The translations under genes were made by a program, and so were the position numbers. Positions 15,569 through 28,662 of a DNA stretch of 64,000 nt are shown here, piece by piece (position 1 is the first letter of the stretch; each line of letters opens with the position of its first letter). The notes beneath the pieces are model-generated. The model did not search any database. It saw only the letters and a program-made list of their open reading frames with translations, and was not told where the DNA came from. This stretch comes from Eledone cirrhosa (Eukaryota): contig OZ024748.1 in NCBI GenBank assembly GCA_964016885.1, positions 41,292,001 to 41,356,000 on the forward strand. The letters are read 5' to 3'.

Positions 15569-18500
15569 ATGACCCTCCCCAAGTATAATAATATTTGTTT
15601 CGACACACGATTTCATATCAAAAACCCCGCAAAACTAATTCATCGCCGTTATGGCATTAGCTTGTGCCAAGCTGAAAGGTTATTGAAAGACACTGTTTTC
15701 TGCTATATAAAAACTACAATAACAATAGAACAAATCCGCTTCTTAAAACACTGTGTTTCCTCCAAAATATACACAACAAACATATCAAAACAAGTAAATA
15801 ATTTATTATTGAACAAAACACAAGCTGAACGTCTAAAACACACAATAACAGTTAATATAAACAGAACAACATACACAAAAGTCAACGAACTTTACAGACA
15901 GAAACGCATTAACGGTAAGAAAGTCCAAAATCTCACCACACCAAACGAAAGGGATGACTTCATGAGCGTCATCCGACGTGAAACGAAATACGCCCGAAAC
16001 GAATGCAATAGGCATTTCAATAAGAAATTAGAATGGATGAATAAGAAAAAACTACAAGAAAGGAAAATAGAATATTCTCAAAAATACCCAGATGACATCA
16101 ACAATATCTGTATGACTGATGTAAAACTACCGGAAGAATTTACCAATGACCACACAGTAAATATCTATGGGAACACTTTAATCAGTGAACAAGAACAAGA
16201 AATCCTGCAGCTACCACCAAAATTTGCCATCTGCAAAAAGATTAACCCTATTGAGTGCAAAACGGAGCTGGAAAAGTGTTTCACAAAAATACGTTGGAAT
16301 GCAAAAGTAAACAACAACAACAACAATAATAACGGTAGTAGTAATATAAACAATAACTCTGGGTATAGAAATAACAGCTATAATAGTAATAGTCATAACA
16401 ATAACAATAGAGTGAGAAATAGTAATAATGGTAATAATACTAACGATAGACAGAACAACAACAACCACAATAATAATAATAGAAACATTAACTACAGACA
16501 CAGCAGCAGCGACCACAGTAGTAATAACGGTAACAATACGAACAACAACAACAACAACCACAGTGGTAATAATGGAAATAATACATGTAGCAACATTAAT
16601 GATAGACACAACAAAAACAAGAAACATAATAAAAGTAACAACCACAATGGTAGAAATAACAGTAACAACAACAATAACGGTGGAGAAAACAACAATCACA
16701 GCAACAATACATCTAGCAATCATAACAACAATACATCTAACAATCACAGCAACAATACATCTAGCAATCATAACAACAATACATCTAACAATCACAGCAA
16801 CAATACACCTAGCAATCATAACAACAATACATCTAACAATCACAGCAACAATACACGTAGCAATCATAACAACAATACATCTAGCAATCATAACAACAAT
16901 ACATCTAACAATCACAGCAACAATACACGTAGCAATCATAACAACAATACATCTAACAATCACAGCAACAATACATCTAGCAATCATAACAACAATACAT
17001 CTAACAATCACAGCAACAATACACGTAGCAATCATAACAACAATACATCTAACAATCACAGCAACAATACATCTAGCAATCATAACAATAATAATAATGC
17101 TAATGATAGGAACAACAACAACCACCATAATAACAATAATAGCAACACACACAACTATGACGATAGATATAATGACAACCCCTTAGAGAAACTATTCTTC
17201 AACCCAGCTGACAAAACATATAAGATGGGTAATATCTATCCTACGCGGTTACCCTTTAATAAAAAAGTTTGCATACCACAACAAATAGATGACGAGACAG
17301 AGGCACAGTTCACCATAGCTAGAAATAAGATTAGACAAATAGTAGAGCGGTATACTAAGAGACAGAGCAGACCAGAGGCCCAACAACTTGGGAGGAAACC
17401 TGTAGAAGGCTTGGTTAGCCTCAAGCAGCGCACAAGGGATGGTGAGGTAGTATGTCTATCCACGGATAAGTCTGGTAGGATGTCAATAGATAGCATGCCG
17501 AACTACATCAAGGCTATGCAACCCCACATCACCAACACGAGCGAAATTGCACAGCAAACACATGATGGGAGAGAAAATCCTCAACGCTCACATGATGATG
17601 TGGACCGACATCCTAAAGCCAACCAGACGCACTGCCAACAACTTCCAGGCGTCTAACAATGGCATACCACCCTTGTATGGGCTCCGCAAAGACCACAAGA
17701 CAGTCGACGACCCGACAACAGGACCACCAACAAGACCCGTATGCGGAGCAAATATAGCTAGCAACTACAGGATCTCCTACTTCCTCTCAATGGTTATACG
17801 CCCCATAATCAAGATGTCCCCAGATGTATGTGACAGTACAGAGGACCGCCTCAGCAGAATCAGTGAGTGCAACAAAAACAGGAACCTATCCAACTGCATA
17901 ATAGGCAGCATGGATGTGGTATCACTGTACCCATCCATTAACATTGATTTTGCTGTGGAAAAATGTGTGGAGATGATCATTGAGAGTGAGGTGGAGTTCT
18001 GCGACGTCGACACAGACGAACTGGGCCTCCTACTTAGACTCACCTACGACACTGACTACCTAGACAGCCATGACCTTAGACGTTTCTGCCCCAGTAGACC
18101 CATAAGAGGTAGACCCCCACCATAACCTCAATGGCTAAAAAGACTCCCATGGGAAGGTGGATTGGGTGGACCAAAGCTATACGGACCCCCCAAAACAATG
18201 ATCAGGTAAAAAAAATGGTCGCACATGCAATAGGGGCTAGTATCAAAACTACCCTAAAGGGCCACATATTCAAGTTCAACGAGAAGATCTACACCCAAAA
18301 TGAGGGAGCAGCCATTGGCGTCAGCATAACTGGTGATGTTGCCAACCTTTTTATGGTATTGTGGGAAAGGAGACTTAAAGATCTCCTTAATGAGAGCTCC
18401 ATAGACCTCATCATGTACTCTCGTTACGTAGACGATATCAATATAGTTATAAGAACATCCCCACTAGAGAGCACTTACAAGTTTGATTTAGAACGTAGCA

Positions 18501-19582
18501 CAATGGAAAGCATCCAGCAGATAGCTAATTCCATACACCAGAGTATAACTGTAACTATCGACTTCCCTTCCAAACACCCTAACAATAGACTACCTGTATT
18601 AGACACGGAACTCTGGATTAACACTATAGACGAGAGAGCCCAAATTCTCCACTCACACTATGCTAAACCCATGGCCTCCAAATACCTGATACTCAAAAAC
18701 TCAGCAATGTCCAGTAGTGCTAAGTTTAATATTCTGATCGCAGATTTGGTACGAGTGATGAAGAATGTGTCCCGCATGTGCGACCCAACAGAAATGGAAA
18801 GACACATCCAACACTTCATCAACCGCATGCAGTTCTCTGGCTACAACCAGAGAGACAGAGTCAGAGTATACGAAGGAGCCATGGAGAAGTATAAGATCCT
18901 CATAGAACTGGACATGAAAGGAATTTGCCCATTATACAGGAGCAAATCATGGAATAGCTTTGATAGGGTTAGACATAAGATAGGGAAAGCCACCTCATGG
19001 TACGACAACTAGAGATACCAGAGTGTCATGTTTGTGGACGCTATCCCTGGAGGGAAATTAACTAACCAGTGTAGAAAGGCCCTGAGAAAGACCCACTTAA
19101 AGATTAAGGTGGTAGAAAAGCCAGGAACCACCATAAAATCCCTGATCAGCAAAACCTACCCTTTTAAGAAAACCCACTGTACTAATAGGAAATGTATCAT
19201 ATGTAAGGTAAACCCCCGGATAAACTGTAAAACTAGAAACGTAGTCTATAGCATAAGATGTACAGAGGGTACTTGCAGAAACATGACAACAACATACATA
19301 GGCGAGACAGCTCGTAGCATAGGTGAAAGGATAAACCAACACTGGGGGGAACTAAAAGGACGAAAAAACGGTTCAGTACTATACGAACATGCCAGACAAC
19401 AACACGACGGTAATATAGACAACATAGAAATTAGAATAATATCTGAACATAGAAATGACCCAGCAGATAGGCAAATCAGAGAGGCCAGTGAAATAGAACT
19501 TAGAAGGCCAAGGCTAAACAGAAAGAATGAATGGAATAACAACAACACCCAAACAAACAACACTGACCTAAGAGAAGTATAA
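15569..19582 (+). pseudogene. disrupted Penelope-like polyprotein (RT + GIY-YIG endonuclease)
   Basis: Motifs TDKSG, LYGLRKDHK, SMDVVSLYPSI, QNEGAAIG, RYVDD and NVVY...YIGETAR. Frameshifts near 17565 and 18118; in-frame TAG at 19010-19012. Confidence 0.92.
16308..17180 (+). repeat. in-frame AAC/AAT-rich expansion with alternating 24-bp units (NNTSSNHN / NNTSNNHS)
   Basis: Visible within ORF 15569-17656. Confidence 0.9.
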
Positions 19583-19851
19583 ATAAATAAATAGATAAAT
19601 AAATAAATAAATAAATAAATACATACACAAGCACAATAACAACAAACACATATAAACACACACTAGTAAAGATAGAATACATTAACCAATACACAGTCAC
19701 CCAATCACGAACACACATCAAACAAAACATTATACACACACGCAAACGCATCCGCAAAGAAGACAAAATAAAATAAACAAATAAATAAATATATAAACAG
19801 ACTAAATAAAGATGGCGTAGAAAATACAATGCAACGGGAGGAAACAATAGC

Positions 19852-19893
19852 ACCATTGACGATGTTGCAGATGTGCAACGAAAGAACTTTGAT
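19852..19893 (+). ncRNA. degenerate hammerhead of the Penelope pLTR
   Basis: TTGACGA-t-gttgca gatg tgcaac-GAAA-gaacTT-tgat. The first core C is replaced by T; same layout as the 36915 copy. Confidence 0.6.
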
Positions 19894-20168
19894 AAACTAT
19901 ATATATGTGTTTGTGTCTATATTGTATCTGTATTATTTTTGACCGTTGGTCAGTCAATGGCAACATTGAGGACCGAATAAATTAAATTAACCGATATAAA
20001 GGACACAGAAGCGAAAAGCGAAAACCAACCAAACAGTGAGTGTGTTCTGTTATTAATTCTGGCAATATTACACAAATATGACCTTCCCCAAGTATAACAA
20101 TATATATATATATACTTTTATTCAAAATATTAACAAATGAAGGATATTCACATAATCAAAATATATGC

Positions 20169-20230
20169 TTTATTATATATATTTAAAAAGTAGTGTGTTG
20201 TTTTTTCAGTACGTCCTCATCAGATAAAAT
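20169..20230 (-). ncRNA. degenerate hammerhead / pLTR fragment
   Basis: attttat-CTGATGA...TAAA-tatata-TA-ataaag. GAAA is mutated; same stem I context as 15209 and 24756. Confidence 0.5.
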
Positions 20231-20436
20231 ATATGATTTGATATATGACATACCGCTACGGTCTTGATTATACAATTCCAGTATTGGCAGTGTATATATG
20301 TATGAATGTGTGTCTGTATATTGCAATATATATATATATATATATTGCAATATACAGACACACATTCATACATATATACATGCATACATATTTATGTATA
20401 ATATACATATGTATACATACACACATTTATGTATAA

Positions 20437-20660
20437 TCATCATCATCATCGTTTAACGTCCACTTTCCATGCTAGCATGGGTTAGACGAGTTGTCCCATT
20501 AGAGACAAGTTGGGTCAGGTGACCATGTCTTGCTCATACAGAACTGTTTCTGTCTAGATTTCTACAGCTGGATGCCTTTCCTAATGCCAACCACATTTAG
20601 TGTAGACTCGGTGCTTTTTGTCATGACACCTACATGACCACTTTACAGCGTAGGCTGAGT
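20437..20660 (-). mobile_element. RTE-type LINE/SINE 3' end with (GAT)n tail
   Basis: Shares catcatcatcgtttaacgtcc..ttccatgctagcatgggttaga and acagctggatgcc with the 20708 copy. Confidence 0.7.
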
Positions 20661-20707
20661 GTACAATATACATATATATACATACACACACATTATATAT
20701 ATATATA

Positions 20708-21170
20708 TCATCATCATCATCGTTTAACGTCCATCTTCCATGCTAGCATGGGTTAGATGGTTTTGTTCCATTTGATGTGGGAATGGTCGGGAGACCGTGT
20801 CTCACTCGCACGGAAGCGTCTCTGGCAGGTTTTATTTTACAGCTGGATGCCCTTCCTAACACCAACCACATTTACAGTGTGGACTGGGAGCCTTTTCACC
20901 GTGTCTCCTACTTGACCACCTTACAGTGTGGACTGTTGTTTCATCGACACAGTAGGCGGAACGGGAAAGGGAGGGTGGAGTGTACATTGGGTTAAGAGGT
21001 GCCTACTGACTGTAGGTTTGTATGCAATGGCAGTCGGGTCTTTTGTACAACTGCATGGCGCCAAAGGTCTCGATCCAGTGTCATTGTCTTAGAGAGGTGT
21101 AGGTGGGCAAGGTCAGTTTTTATCACCTCGTCCCAGGTTTTTCTTTGTCTACCCACTCCGCAGCTTCCAT
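20708..21170 (-). mobile_element. RTE-clade LINE 3' fragment
   Basis: GRQRKTWDEVIKTDL...DRDLWRHAV is a typical RTE C-terminus, followed by a 3' UTR and (GAT)n tail. Confidence 0.8.
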
Positions 21171-21214
21171 ATATATGCACACACACATACTTTTTGCTTA
21201 CACACATACGTGAG

Positions 21215-21254
<40 letters not shown>

Positions 21255-21350
21255 TTGATTACAGAGAGATTGGATCCACCTATGCATCGAGAGCTCAAGT
21301 TGGTGAACCAACAGTTACAAAAATAAGGTTACAACACATTAATCTCTCTC

Positions 21351-21424
<74 letters not shown>

Positions 21425-21427
<3 letters not shown>

Positions 21428-21610
21428 ATGTGTGTTTGTCTGTGTTTCTGTTTACTGCTTGTTTTCAAACCTAAACGTAGCAGTTCGACAAAATATGATC
21501 GATAAAATAAGTCCTGAGATCGATATAACAATGAAGATGGCAATGTATCATGGCCGTCAAAGCTGTAGCATGGCCGTAGTCTCAGAACTGAAACCAGTAA
21601 AATAATTTAG
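21425..21610 (+). mobile_element. degenerate SINE 3' part
   Basis: aataagtcctg..gatcgat, agcatggccgtagtc and actgaaac resemble an abundant octopus SINE tail (from memory); partly shared with 29718-29975. Confidence 0.5.
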
Positions 21611-21689
21611 TAGAAGAAAGAAGTATAAATTTCATTCTTTTAATTTTAATTTTTTACTTTTAAAATGATGACAAAATGGTGGACTTACT

Positions 21690-21960
21690 GGAATGACAGA
21701 ATAGTGGATTACCTGAATAGTGGAATGGTGGAATGGTAGAATGGTAGATTAACTGAATGGTGGAATGGTAGAATGGTGGATTAACTGAATGGTGGAATGG
21801 TAGAATGATGGATTAACTGAATGGTGGAATGGTAGAATGGTGGATGAGCTGAATGGTGGAATAGTAGATTAGCTGAATGGTGGAATAGCAGATTAGCTGT
21901 ATGGTGGACTAGCAGATTAGCTGAATGGTGGAATGGCAGAATGGTGTGGACTTATTGAAC
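21690..21960. repeat. GAATGGTG-based minisatellite (8-bp subunits, ~32-bp unit)
   Basis: Directly visible. Confidence 0.9.
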
Positions 21961-22582
21961 AGCAGACTGGTTCAATGACAAACTGCTAAAAGCAGACGAT
22001 AAGAATATCGAACTAAAATGTCATCCAATGTTTCTTTTAACTTTCGAGGATAAAATCCCACGCCATTACCATTATCTTTCAATATTCCTTGCTTCCTATA
22101 TTACATCGATGACTGTAGGGAATTTTACGACAGACGCTGTTTTCAGGAAGATTCCATGCCAAACACACAATGTTGCTCTACCGCTTTCTTTCCTTCCAGT
22201 CATTTCTTTTTTTTTCTTTCTTTATAAAAGACACCTCGTTTTTCTTCTTTCAAATTCCTTCCTTTCTTTTCTTTCCATCGTTCTCTTTCCTTTTCATTCC
22301 AGTTGTTTTCCCTTTTCGTCTCTTTTTCATCTCTTTCCTCAGTTTTCTTACTTTTAATGTTTTCTACTCTCTTTATATTCAGATTCTACTTTTAAATTTA
22401 TTTATCTGTTTGTTCTCTCGCCCCTCTCTCTCTCTCTCTTTCTGTCTATCTATTTCTCTCCCTCTCCCCCCCCTTTTCTGTCAATCTCTCTGTCTTTCTC
22501 ATTCTCTTTCTGTACCTCATCGTCTCTTTCCTTTTTTCTCCTTTTTCTTTCAATATTTCACCTTTCACAACAACAACTAAAG

Positions 22583-22640
<58 letters not shown>

Positions 22641-22964
22641 CGATGATGATGATGATGATAATGATGGACATATTATATTAAGTATTATAATATATATTAT
22701 ATTAAGTGTATACCACAATTGTATATCTCTACTGCTGCTACTGCTGAGGGACATGTGTTATATGACATATAATAACTGTACACCAGTTTTTGTCTGTCTG
22801 TCACACAATCCTTATCATCTGACAAAATATTTATTTAGAATTCATGAAATATAATAAAGGAAAGAAGTTGAGGGCATGGGGTGGGGTGGGGTGGGTGGAG
22901 TGGAGTGGGGGTAAACATTCTAAATATTTTCAACCATGCCAGAAGTCAGCGTTCTCTACGGTGT

Positions 22965-23073
<109 letters not shown>

Positions 23074-23152
23074 TTCTGCATACACACACACACTCATACA
23101 TACACATTTATATACATGTGTGTGTATGCATGCATGTGTGTATGTGTGTTTG

Positions 23153-23215
<63 letters not shown>

Positions 23216-23228
23216 ATATATATATATA

Positions 23229-23260
23229 CTAGCTAAACTACCCACCCTTTGGACGGTTCA
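23229..23260 (-). mobile_element. possible Helitron 3' terminus
   Basis: Minus strand: hairpin ccgtcc-aaa-gggtgg about 9 nt upstream of CTAG, followed by T of (TA)n. The 5' end was not identified. Confidence 0.4.
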
Positions 23261-24433
23261 AGTAGCTTTCGATGTAGCTCATTAAACTAAACAAAGTTAA
23301 TTTGAATACATAGAAGAAAAACGTAATTTATGTAAACATGAAAACCGTAGGCACTATTCCATCGAAATAATTAATATGTGAGCTCGGTGTCATCCGTTAT
23401 ACCATGTAACAACAGAAATTCAGTCTAGGTATACATTTTTTTGACAACAGTAAAAGCGCATCATGCAATAGAAAAGTGAAGTGAATAATAGACACTATTA
23501 TGTACAAAGCATAATATTGTAAAAGTTATGACATCACTTAATGTATGAACACCAAGCTTGAAACGATAAATTATACAATGTCAAATCTATAACTTAACTT
23601 AGTAATGTGTTAGAAATTGCTGGTTGTGAAATATACAAAATGATATTGTTAGTCTCAAGGAAGTGTACCTTTTGTTTCAAGTACAAAGAGTAAATTAAAA
23701 TCCGAATGAGCCGAATTACGAAAGATAACTCTTGTCTTACTTAATCACGAAAATTGACACAAATAACCGAAACTTGGCATATGGCCCTCCCCCCGTTTCG
23801 TAGCTCCAAGGAGGGGGGGGTGGGGGTTATGCAGTAAGGGGGCGTTGGAAACTTTGGGGGTGCTAGAAGCCCCTTTAGTTTGGTAAGTTTTATAAGTCAT
23901 ATTTGTACGTCTCTTAGACAGCCAGTGATTCGAATGAAGAAAACGAAGAACATAAATAAAAGAAGCTTGTCAACGAATTCCCTAGGGAGATAAAAGAAAA
24001 TTAAAAGAAATCAAAGAGAATGAAAGTAAGGACTACTTCAACAGAAATGACAACAAAAAGAAGCAATGGTGGTGAACATACACACGCATACATACATACA
24101 TACATACATACATACATACATACATACATACATACATACATACATACATACATACATACACACACACACATATATACACACACAGGCCGGCGTTAGTGTT
24201 TGATGAGGTTGAGAACCTGGTCAGCTTTCAGCCAGAGCTGTGGTATTTAATCTCCCTAGGTAACTAAATTTGCGGACAAAATGTTTCTCCTTACGAAAAA
24301 AGAACACATAGATCATATCGACATACTTACACACTTAAATATAGGTGCATGTATATATACAAATGTATAAATGTATAGCTATATACATACGTAAATGTAT
24401 GTATATATGTATATATGTAGATTTATATATATG

Positions 24434-24483
<50 letters not shown>

Positions 24484-24594
24484 AAAGTTCTACAACAAGC
24501 AAATATTTTTATAACTGATATAAAGCACTCAACAAATAATTGGAGTAAAAATACGATATTAACAAATGGAAACTATATTTATAATACCATATTT

Positions 24595-24657
24595 ATTTCA
24601 TTATACATATTTCAAGGACACCAAGTTAAATTATGGTGTGCTTTCATCAGATAAAAT
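24595..24657 (-). ncRNA. type I hammerhead ribozyme
   Basis: Reverse-complement copy of 24756-24818. Confidence 0.75.
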
Positions 24658-24755
24658 ATAATATAGAGCAGTTGACTATCCGGGAGCTTCCAACAGTAAT
24701 GGTTGCATTCTTTAAGGGTATGTCAATATTTATTTATAAAACTGCTCTATATTAT

Positions 24756-24818
24756 ATTTTATCTGATGAAAGCACACCATAATTTAACTTGGTGTCCTTG
24801 AAATATGTATAATGAAAT
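24756..24818 (+). ncRNA. type I hammerhead ribozyme
   Basis: attttat-CTGATGA-aagcacacca...tggtgtcctt-GAAA-tatgta-TA-atgaaat. Confidence 0.75.
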
Positions 24819-24858
24819 AAATATGGTTTTATAAATATAGTTTTCATTTGTTAATATC

Positions 24859-24894
<36 letters not shown>

Positions 24895-24896
<2 letters not shown>

Positions 24897-26400
24897 ATAA
24901 TAATAAATTTGAAGACTAAAATCCAAAGAGGGCTCGATAAGGATAAATATATATCAAATATATAAGAACCGTAGAGCAAATATTTATTAAAATAACAGAT
25001 TAAAATTTAAGCAAAGAATCGCTGCTTTCACCCTTAACGGGATCTTCTGAAACTAACAAAGTCAATCTGTAAACGCAGAACTGGATATTTCAAAAAACGT
25101 TGCAACCGGAGGAAGATAGGAAGACGATACTTTGGTTCGTGGTAACGTTCGCTGGCAAAGAACGGGAAAAAACGAATAATACGTCATTAATAGGAGTGGT
25201 GAAAAACAATTACGCGCAAGGACAGAACCACGTTTATGGTATAAAAGAGGTCGTAGACTAATGTTCTCTTAGGTGGTGCATAGAGACGTTCTCTGGCAAT
25301 GAACGAAAAAACGAAGATAATACGTCATATGTGGAGCGTGGAGAACAATAGCACGCAAAGACAAAACCACGTAAATGGTATAGCAGAAGTCGTAGACTAA
25401 AATTCTAACTAGGAGACCAAATGAATCTCCGCTACAGAGTTAAGAACAAAGTAAATAAATACAATACAGAAGTAATAGAAATAAATAAATACATACACGC
25501 AAACAGATACGTACATACACAAGCATACGCAAAACCTTACCATAGGTATACAAAACCACGCACATATAAATATGTGTATGCGTGTATACAAATAAATAAA
25601 TAATTATATAAACGTATAAGAATAAATAAATATGTATATAACAAGCGCACACACATACCTACATATAAATACACGAATGTTCGGAGACGTAAGTCAACTA
25701 AAACAAGAAGTACACATATACACACACACACCATACGTACGAACCTGCATACTCACACAGACGCAAAACTCCCGTATACACATAGCCCAACCCTATGTAC
25801 CAGAAATATAAAATTATACGCCATAACAATCAAATATACGTACGAGAAGGTATACGTACCTTCACAAAACATACGGGTAATATATACTTAGCTATGCAAA
25901 TAAGTAAAGGAATAAACAAAACATATACTTAGCTCCCACATCAAGACGTAAAAAATCCACGTATAGATCGTACTATCCGTTAGGGTATAACGTGGGGCTG
26001 TAATACAGGAAAGTTTTGTGCAATTTATGTTTACAAGCCGAAATTGCCTCAGATTTTTTGTTTAAGATGTGGTCTGTGGCGTAGAGTATTTCCAGGGCCT
26101 CAGCGGCGCAGAGGTCACATGGTCTTTTATTTCCGTTATACGATCTAGCCCTAGCTAGGATCTCCCAGTGTAACTTATATTGGGTGTGGTTGTCTTTTAG
26201 ACTCCAGATATAAGCTGAAAGTGACGTCATATTCCTTCTTAGAGGGTAACGAAAATAATGGGTATGCATGTAAAGACGTTGCTTGAAACTATTGGCGGTT
26301 AACCCTATGTAGGCCCTATGGGACGTGGGTGTTACAACCTTACATTTGTAGACAATGTTACTAGAGAGGCATTTCCCTGATAGGGGGCAATCTTTAATCT
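24895..26400 (-). mobile_element. Penelope-like element 3' fragment (second family)
   Basis: GIY-YIG coding segment followed by a long 3' region. That region holds a diverged internal duplication (25154-25273 vs 25294-25413) and a hammerhead remnant near 25020-25052 (CAGAAGA-tccc..ggg-t-GAAA). Confidence 0.8.
25973..26398 (-). pseudogene. GIY-YIG endonuclease domain fragment
   Basis: CPLSGKCLSSNIVYKC...AYIGLTANSFKQRLYMH...TSLSAYIWSLK...CDLC..E...LNKKSE...CKH. Confidence 0.85.
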
Positions 26401-26474
26401 GTTATTTAATCTGTTATTTAATCTGTTATTTAAACTTTAATCTGTTATTTTAATAAATATATATATATATATGT

Positions 26475-26898
26475 ATATGAGAGTATTGAAGTTTGCTTGA
26501 AGCATTGTGGAATAATAAGTAAATATGCCCGACCGACCCCACTTCACGCGCACACGCGCTCTGCCGAATACCTCAGATATTCAAAACAATAAACAGCGGA
26601 GGACGCGTTCCGCACCTGTCCGACAGACAACCTTTTCCCCCACCCCGGAAAAAACCCCAGTTGATGGATATGAATCCGAAATATATAGGGACTATTAAAT
26701 CTCTCCCAAGGTAACTCTCTCTTGTGTTGTTATTTTTATTTTATCCTCTTCCCTTCATTCTACATATCTCACACATCTTATACACACCACGCATCTCAAC
26801 GTACACCCACTTACATCTCTCTCTCCACCACCGGATCTTGTTACCCGGAGATTTACCCATTTGCATTGTCGAGGCTTCCAAACGACTTAAAGATATTT

Positions 26899-26900
<2 letters not shown>
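26475..26900 (+). mobile_element. probable pLTR fragment with degenerate hammerhead at 26655-26690
   Basis: ccc-CAGTTGA-tggat atga atcc-GAAA-tata-TA-ggg (two core mismatches); bounded by (TA)n. Confidence 0.45.
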
Positions 26901-26937
<37 letters not shown>

Positions 26938-26942
<5 letters not shown>

Positions 26943-27820
26943 AAGTGAGTCCTTCATCAGTGACCCTCCAACCGTCCTCGGCATTTCATCGCTTTAAGGG
27001 CCATATGCCTCAGGTTGGTGCGAACAACGGCTAAAAAAAGTCGTTGGGACACGTAAATAAAGGGGGACGCTAGAGTAACAACAAAAAGGGTTTAAGCAAC
27101 GGAAAGTGAGTAGAAATAGACAAGTCCCAGATCTCTGTGAATATAAACTCTGTGAAATCGTGAACAAGAGACGAAAGACCATCGAACCTGGTAGAAATGT
27201 GAGCAAGGAAAGAATTTCGCCCAAGTTTGACGGGGGGGAAAAAGAGAGAGAGAGAGACAGAGAAAGGAGAGAAGAGGAAGAAGAAGAAGAAGAAGAAGAA
27301 GAAGAAGAAGAAGAAGAAGAAGAAGAAGAAGAAGAAGAAGAAGAAGAAGAAGAAGAAGAAGAAGAAGAAGAAGAAGAAGAAGAAGAAGAAGAAGAAGAAG
27401 AAGATAAGGTGGTCTGGTCTGCGAATTCGGTAAACGCAAGTTTTGTGAAGTCACAGACGAAAGAGAGAGAGAAAAAAATTCCATACCAGCTCGGTCAAGA
27501 CTGCGCGAGAAAAGAATTACACACAGGTCAAACTTGAAGGAGGAGGAGGAAAGAGGAGGAGGAGAGGTAGTGACAGAGAATGAGTGAGTGAAAGTTGAGG
27601 AGAGGGTAACAGAGGGAGACTGCTAGAAGTGGTAAAGATACAAGGAACGAAACAGACAGGCAGCATGGAAAAGTAATATGTGTAAATATGATGATAATAA
27701 TGGAGCTGCGGCGTTGCAAATGGGATACATATGAAAAAGTGAGTCCTTCATCAGTGACCCTCCAACCGTCCTCGGCATTTCATCGCTTTAAGGGCCATAT
27801 GCCTCAGGTTGGTGCGAACA
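26938..27820. mobile_element. ~880-bp non-coding element with identical ~90-bp terminal direct repeats and internal (GAA)n, in (TA)n
   Basis: atgaaaaagtgagtccttcatcag...ggttggtgcgaaca occurs at 26938 and 27731. Confidence 0.7.
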
Positions 27821-28150
27821 TATATATATATATTTATATATATATAAGTTGAAAAAAAAATGAAAACGAAAAACGAAATTTCATTTCTCACTCTTAGTAT
27901 GGCACTTACTTAAATGTAAGTATGTATGTATACGTACATACATATATGTATACAGACGTACAGTAGCATGTATATATATATATATATATATATACATGCA
28001 GGTACACATACATATATGCACGCATCAGTTTAGCAGACGCTTATTATAGCGCTCGCTTTGTTCGTTTGTCAACAAACTGAACAGCCTGAATTTATGCCAT
28101 ACGGTGTTAAGGCAACCACGTCACCTTTTTGTTCAACACTGACACAGGAA

Positions 28151-28191
28151 CGATGTACTAGTTTCAAGCTTGTTAGCTATCATCAGCACCG
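28151..28191 (-). ncRNA. minimal type I hammerhead ribozyme (unit 1)
   Basis: cggtg-CTGATGA-t agct aaca agct t-GAAA-ctag-TA-catcg. Confidence 0.88.
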
Positions 28192-28434
28192 TTTACCCAT
28201 CTGCCAGATAGTTGAACGTTCGAAAGTATATACTTTCCTTATGAAAATTAACGGCTGAGCAGCCTAATTTGCATATTGAGTGAGTTAAATCGGTCAGGCA
28301 TACCGAAAACGATAAGTTGAAAAAAAATGAAAACGAAAAACGAAATTTCATTTCTCACTCTTAGTATGGCACTTACTTAAATGTAAGTATGTATGTATAC
28401 GTACATACATATATGTATACAGACGTACAGTAGC

Positions 28435-28468
<34 letters not shown>

Positions 28469-28621
28469 GCAGGTACACATACATATATGCACGCATCAGT
28501 TTAGCAGACGCTTATTATAGCGCTCGCTTTGTTCGTTTGTCAACAAACTGAACAGCCTGAATTTATGCCATACGGTGTTAAGGCAACCACGTCACCTTTT
28601 TGTTCAACACTGACACAGGAA

Positions 28622-28662
28622 CGATGTACTAGTTTCAAGCTTGTTAGCTATCATCAGCACCG
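28622..28662 (-). ncRNA. minimal type I hammerhead ribozyme (unit 2)
   Basis: Identical to unit 1. Confidence 0.88.

Larger units (their letters stand above)
15541..20102 (+). mobile_element. Penelope-like retroelement, near full length, flanked by (TA)n
   Basis: RT and GIY-YIG coding region plus a 3' pLTR with a hammerhead remnant. A ~50-bp terminal direct repeat (attaattctggcaatattacacaaatatgacc...caagtataa) occurs at about 15543 and 20053 and includes the ORF start. Confidence 0.93.
24551..24862. mobile_element. inverted pLTR pair (123-bp arms, 66-bp spacer) in (TA)n
   Basis: 24551-24673 is the near-exact reverse complement of 24740-24862, and each arm carries a hammerhead. Confidence 0.8.

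Noticed and set aside
19010-19012. Possible recoded stop (selenocysteine) in the Penelope ORF
   Set aside because: The codon is TAG, not TGA, and the copy also has frameshifts.
27106-27537. Poly-Glu, poly-Lys and poly-Leu ORFs
   Set aside because: Products of a (GAA)n microsatellite.
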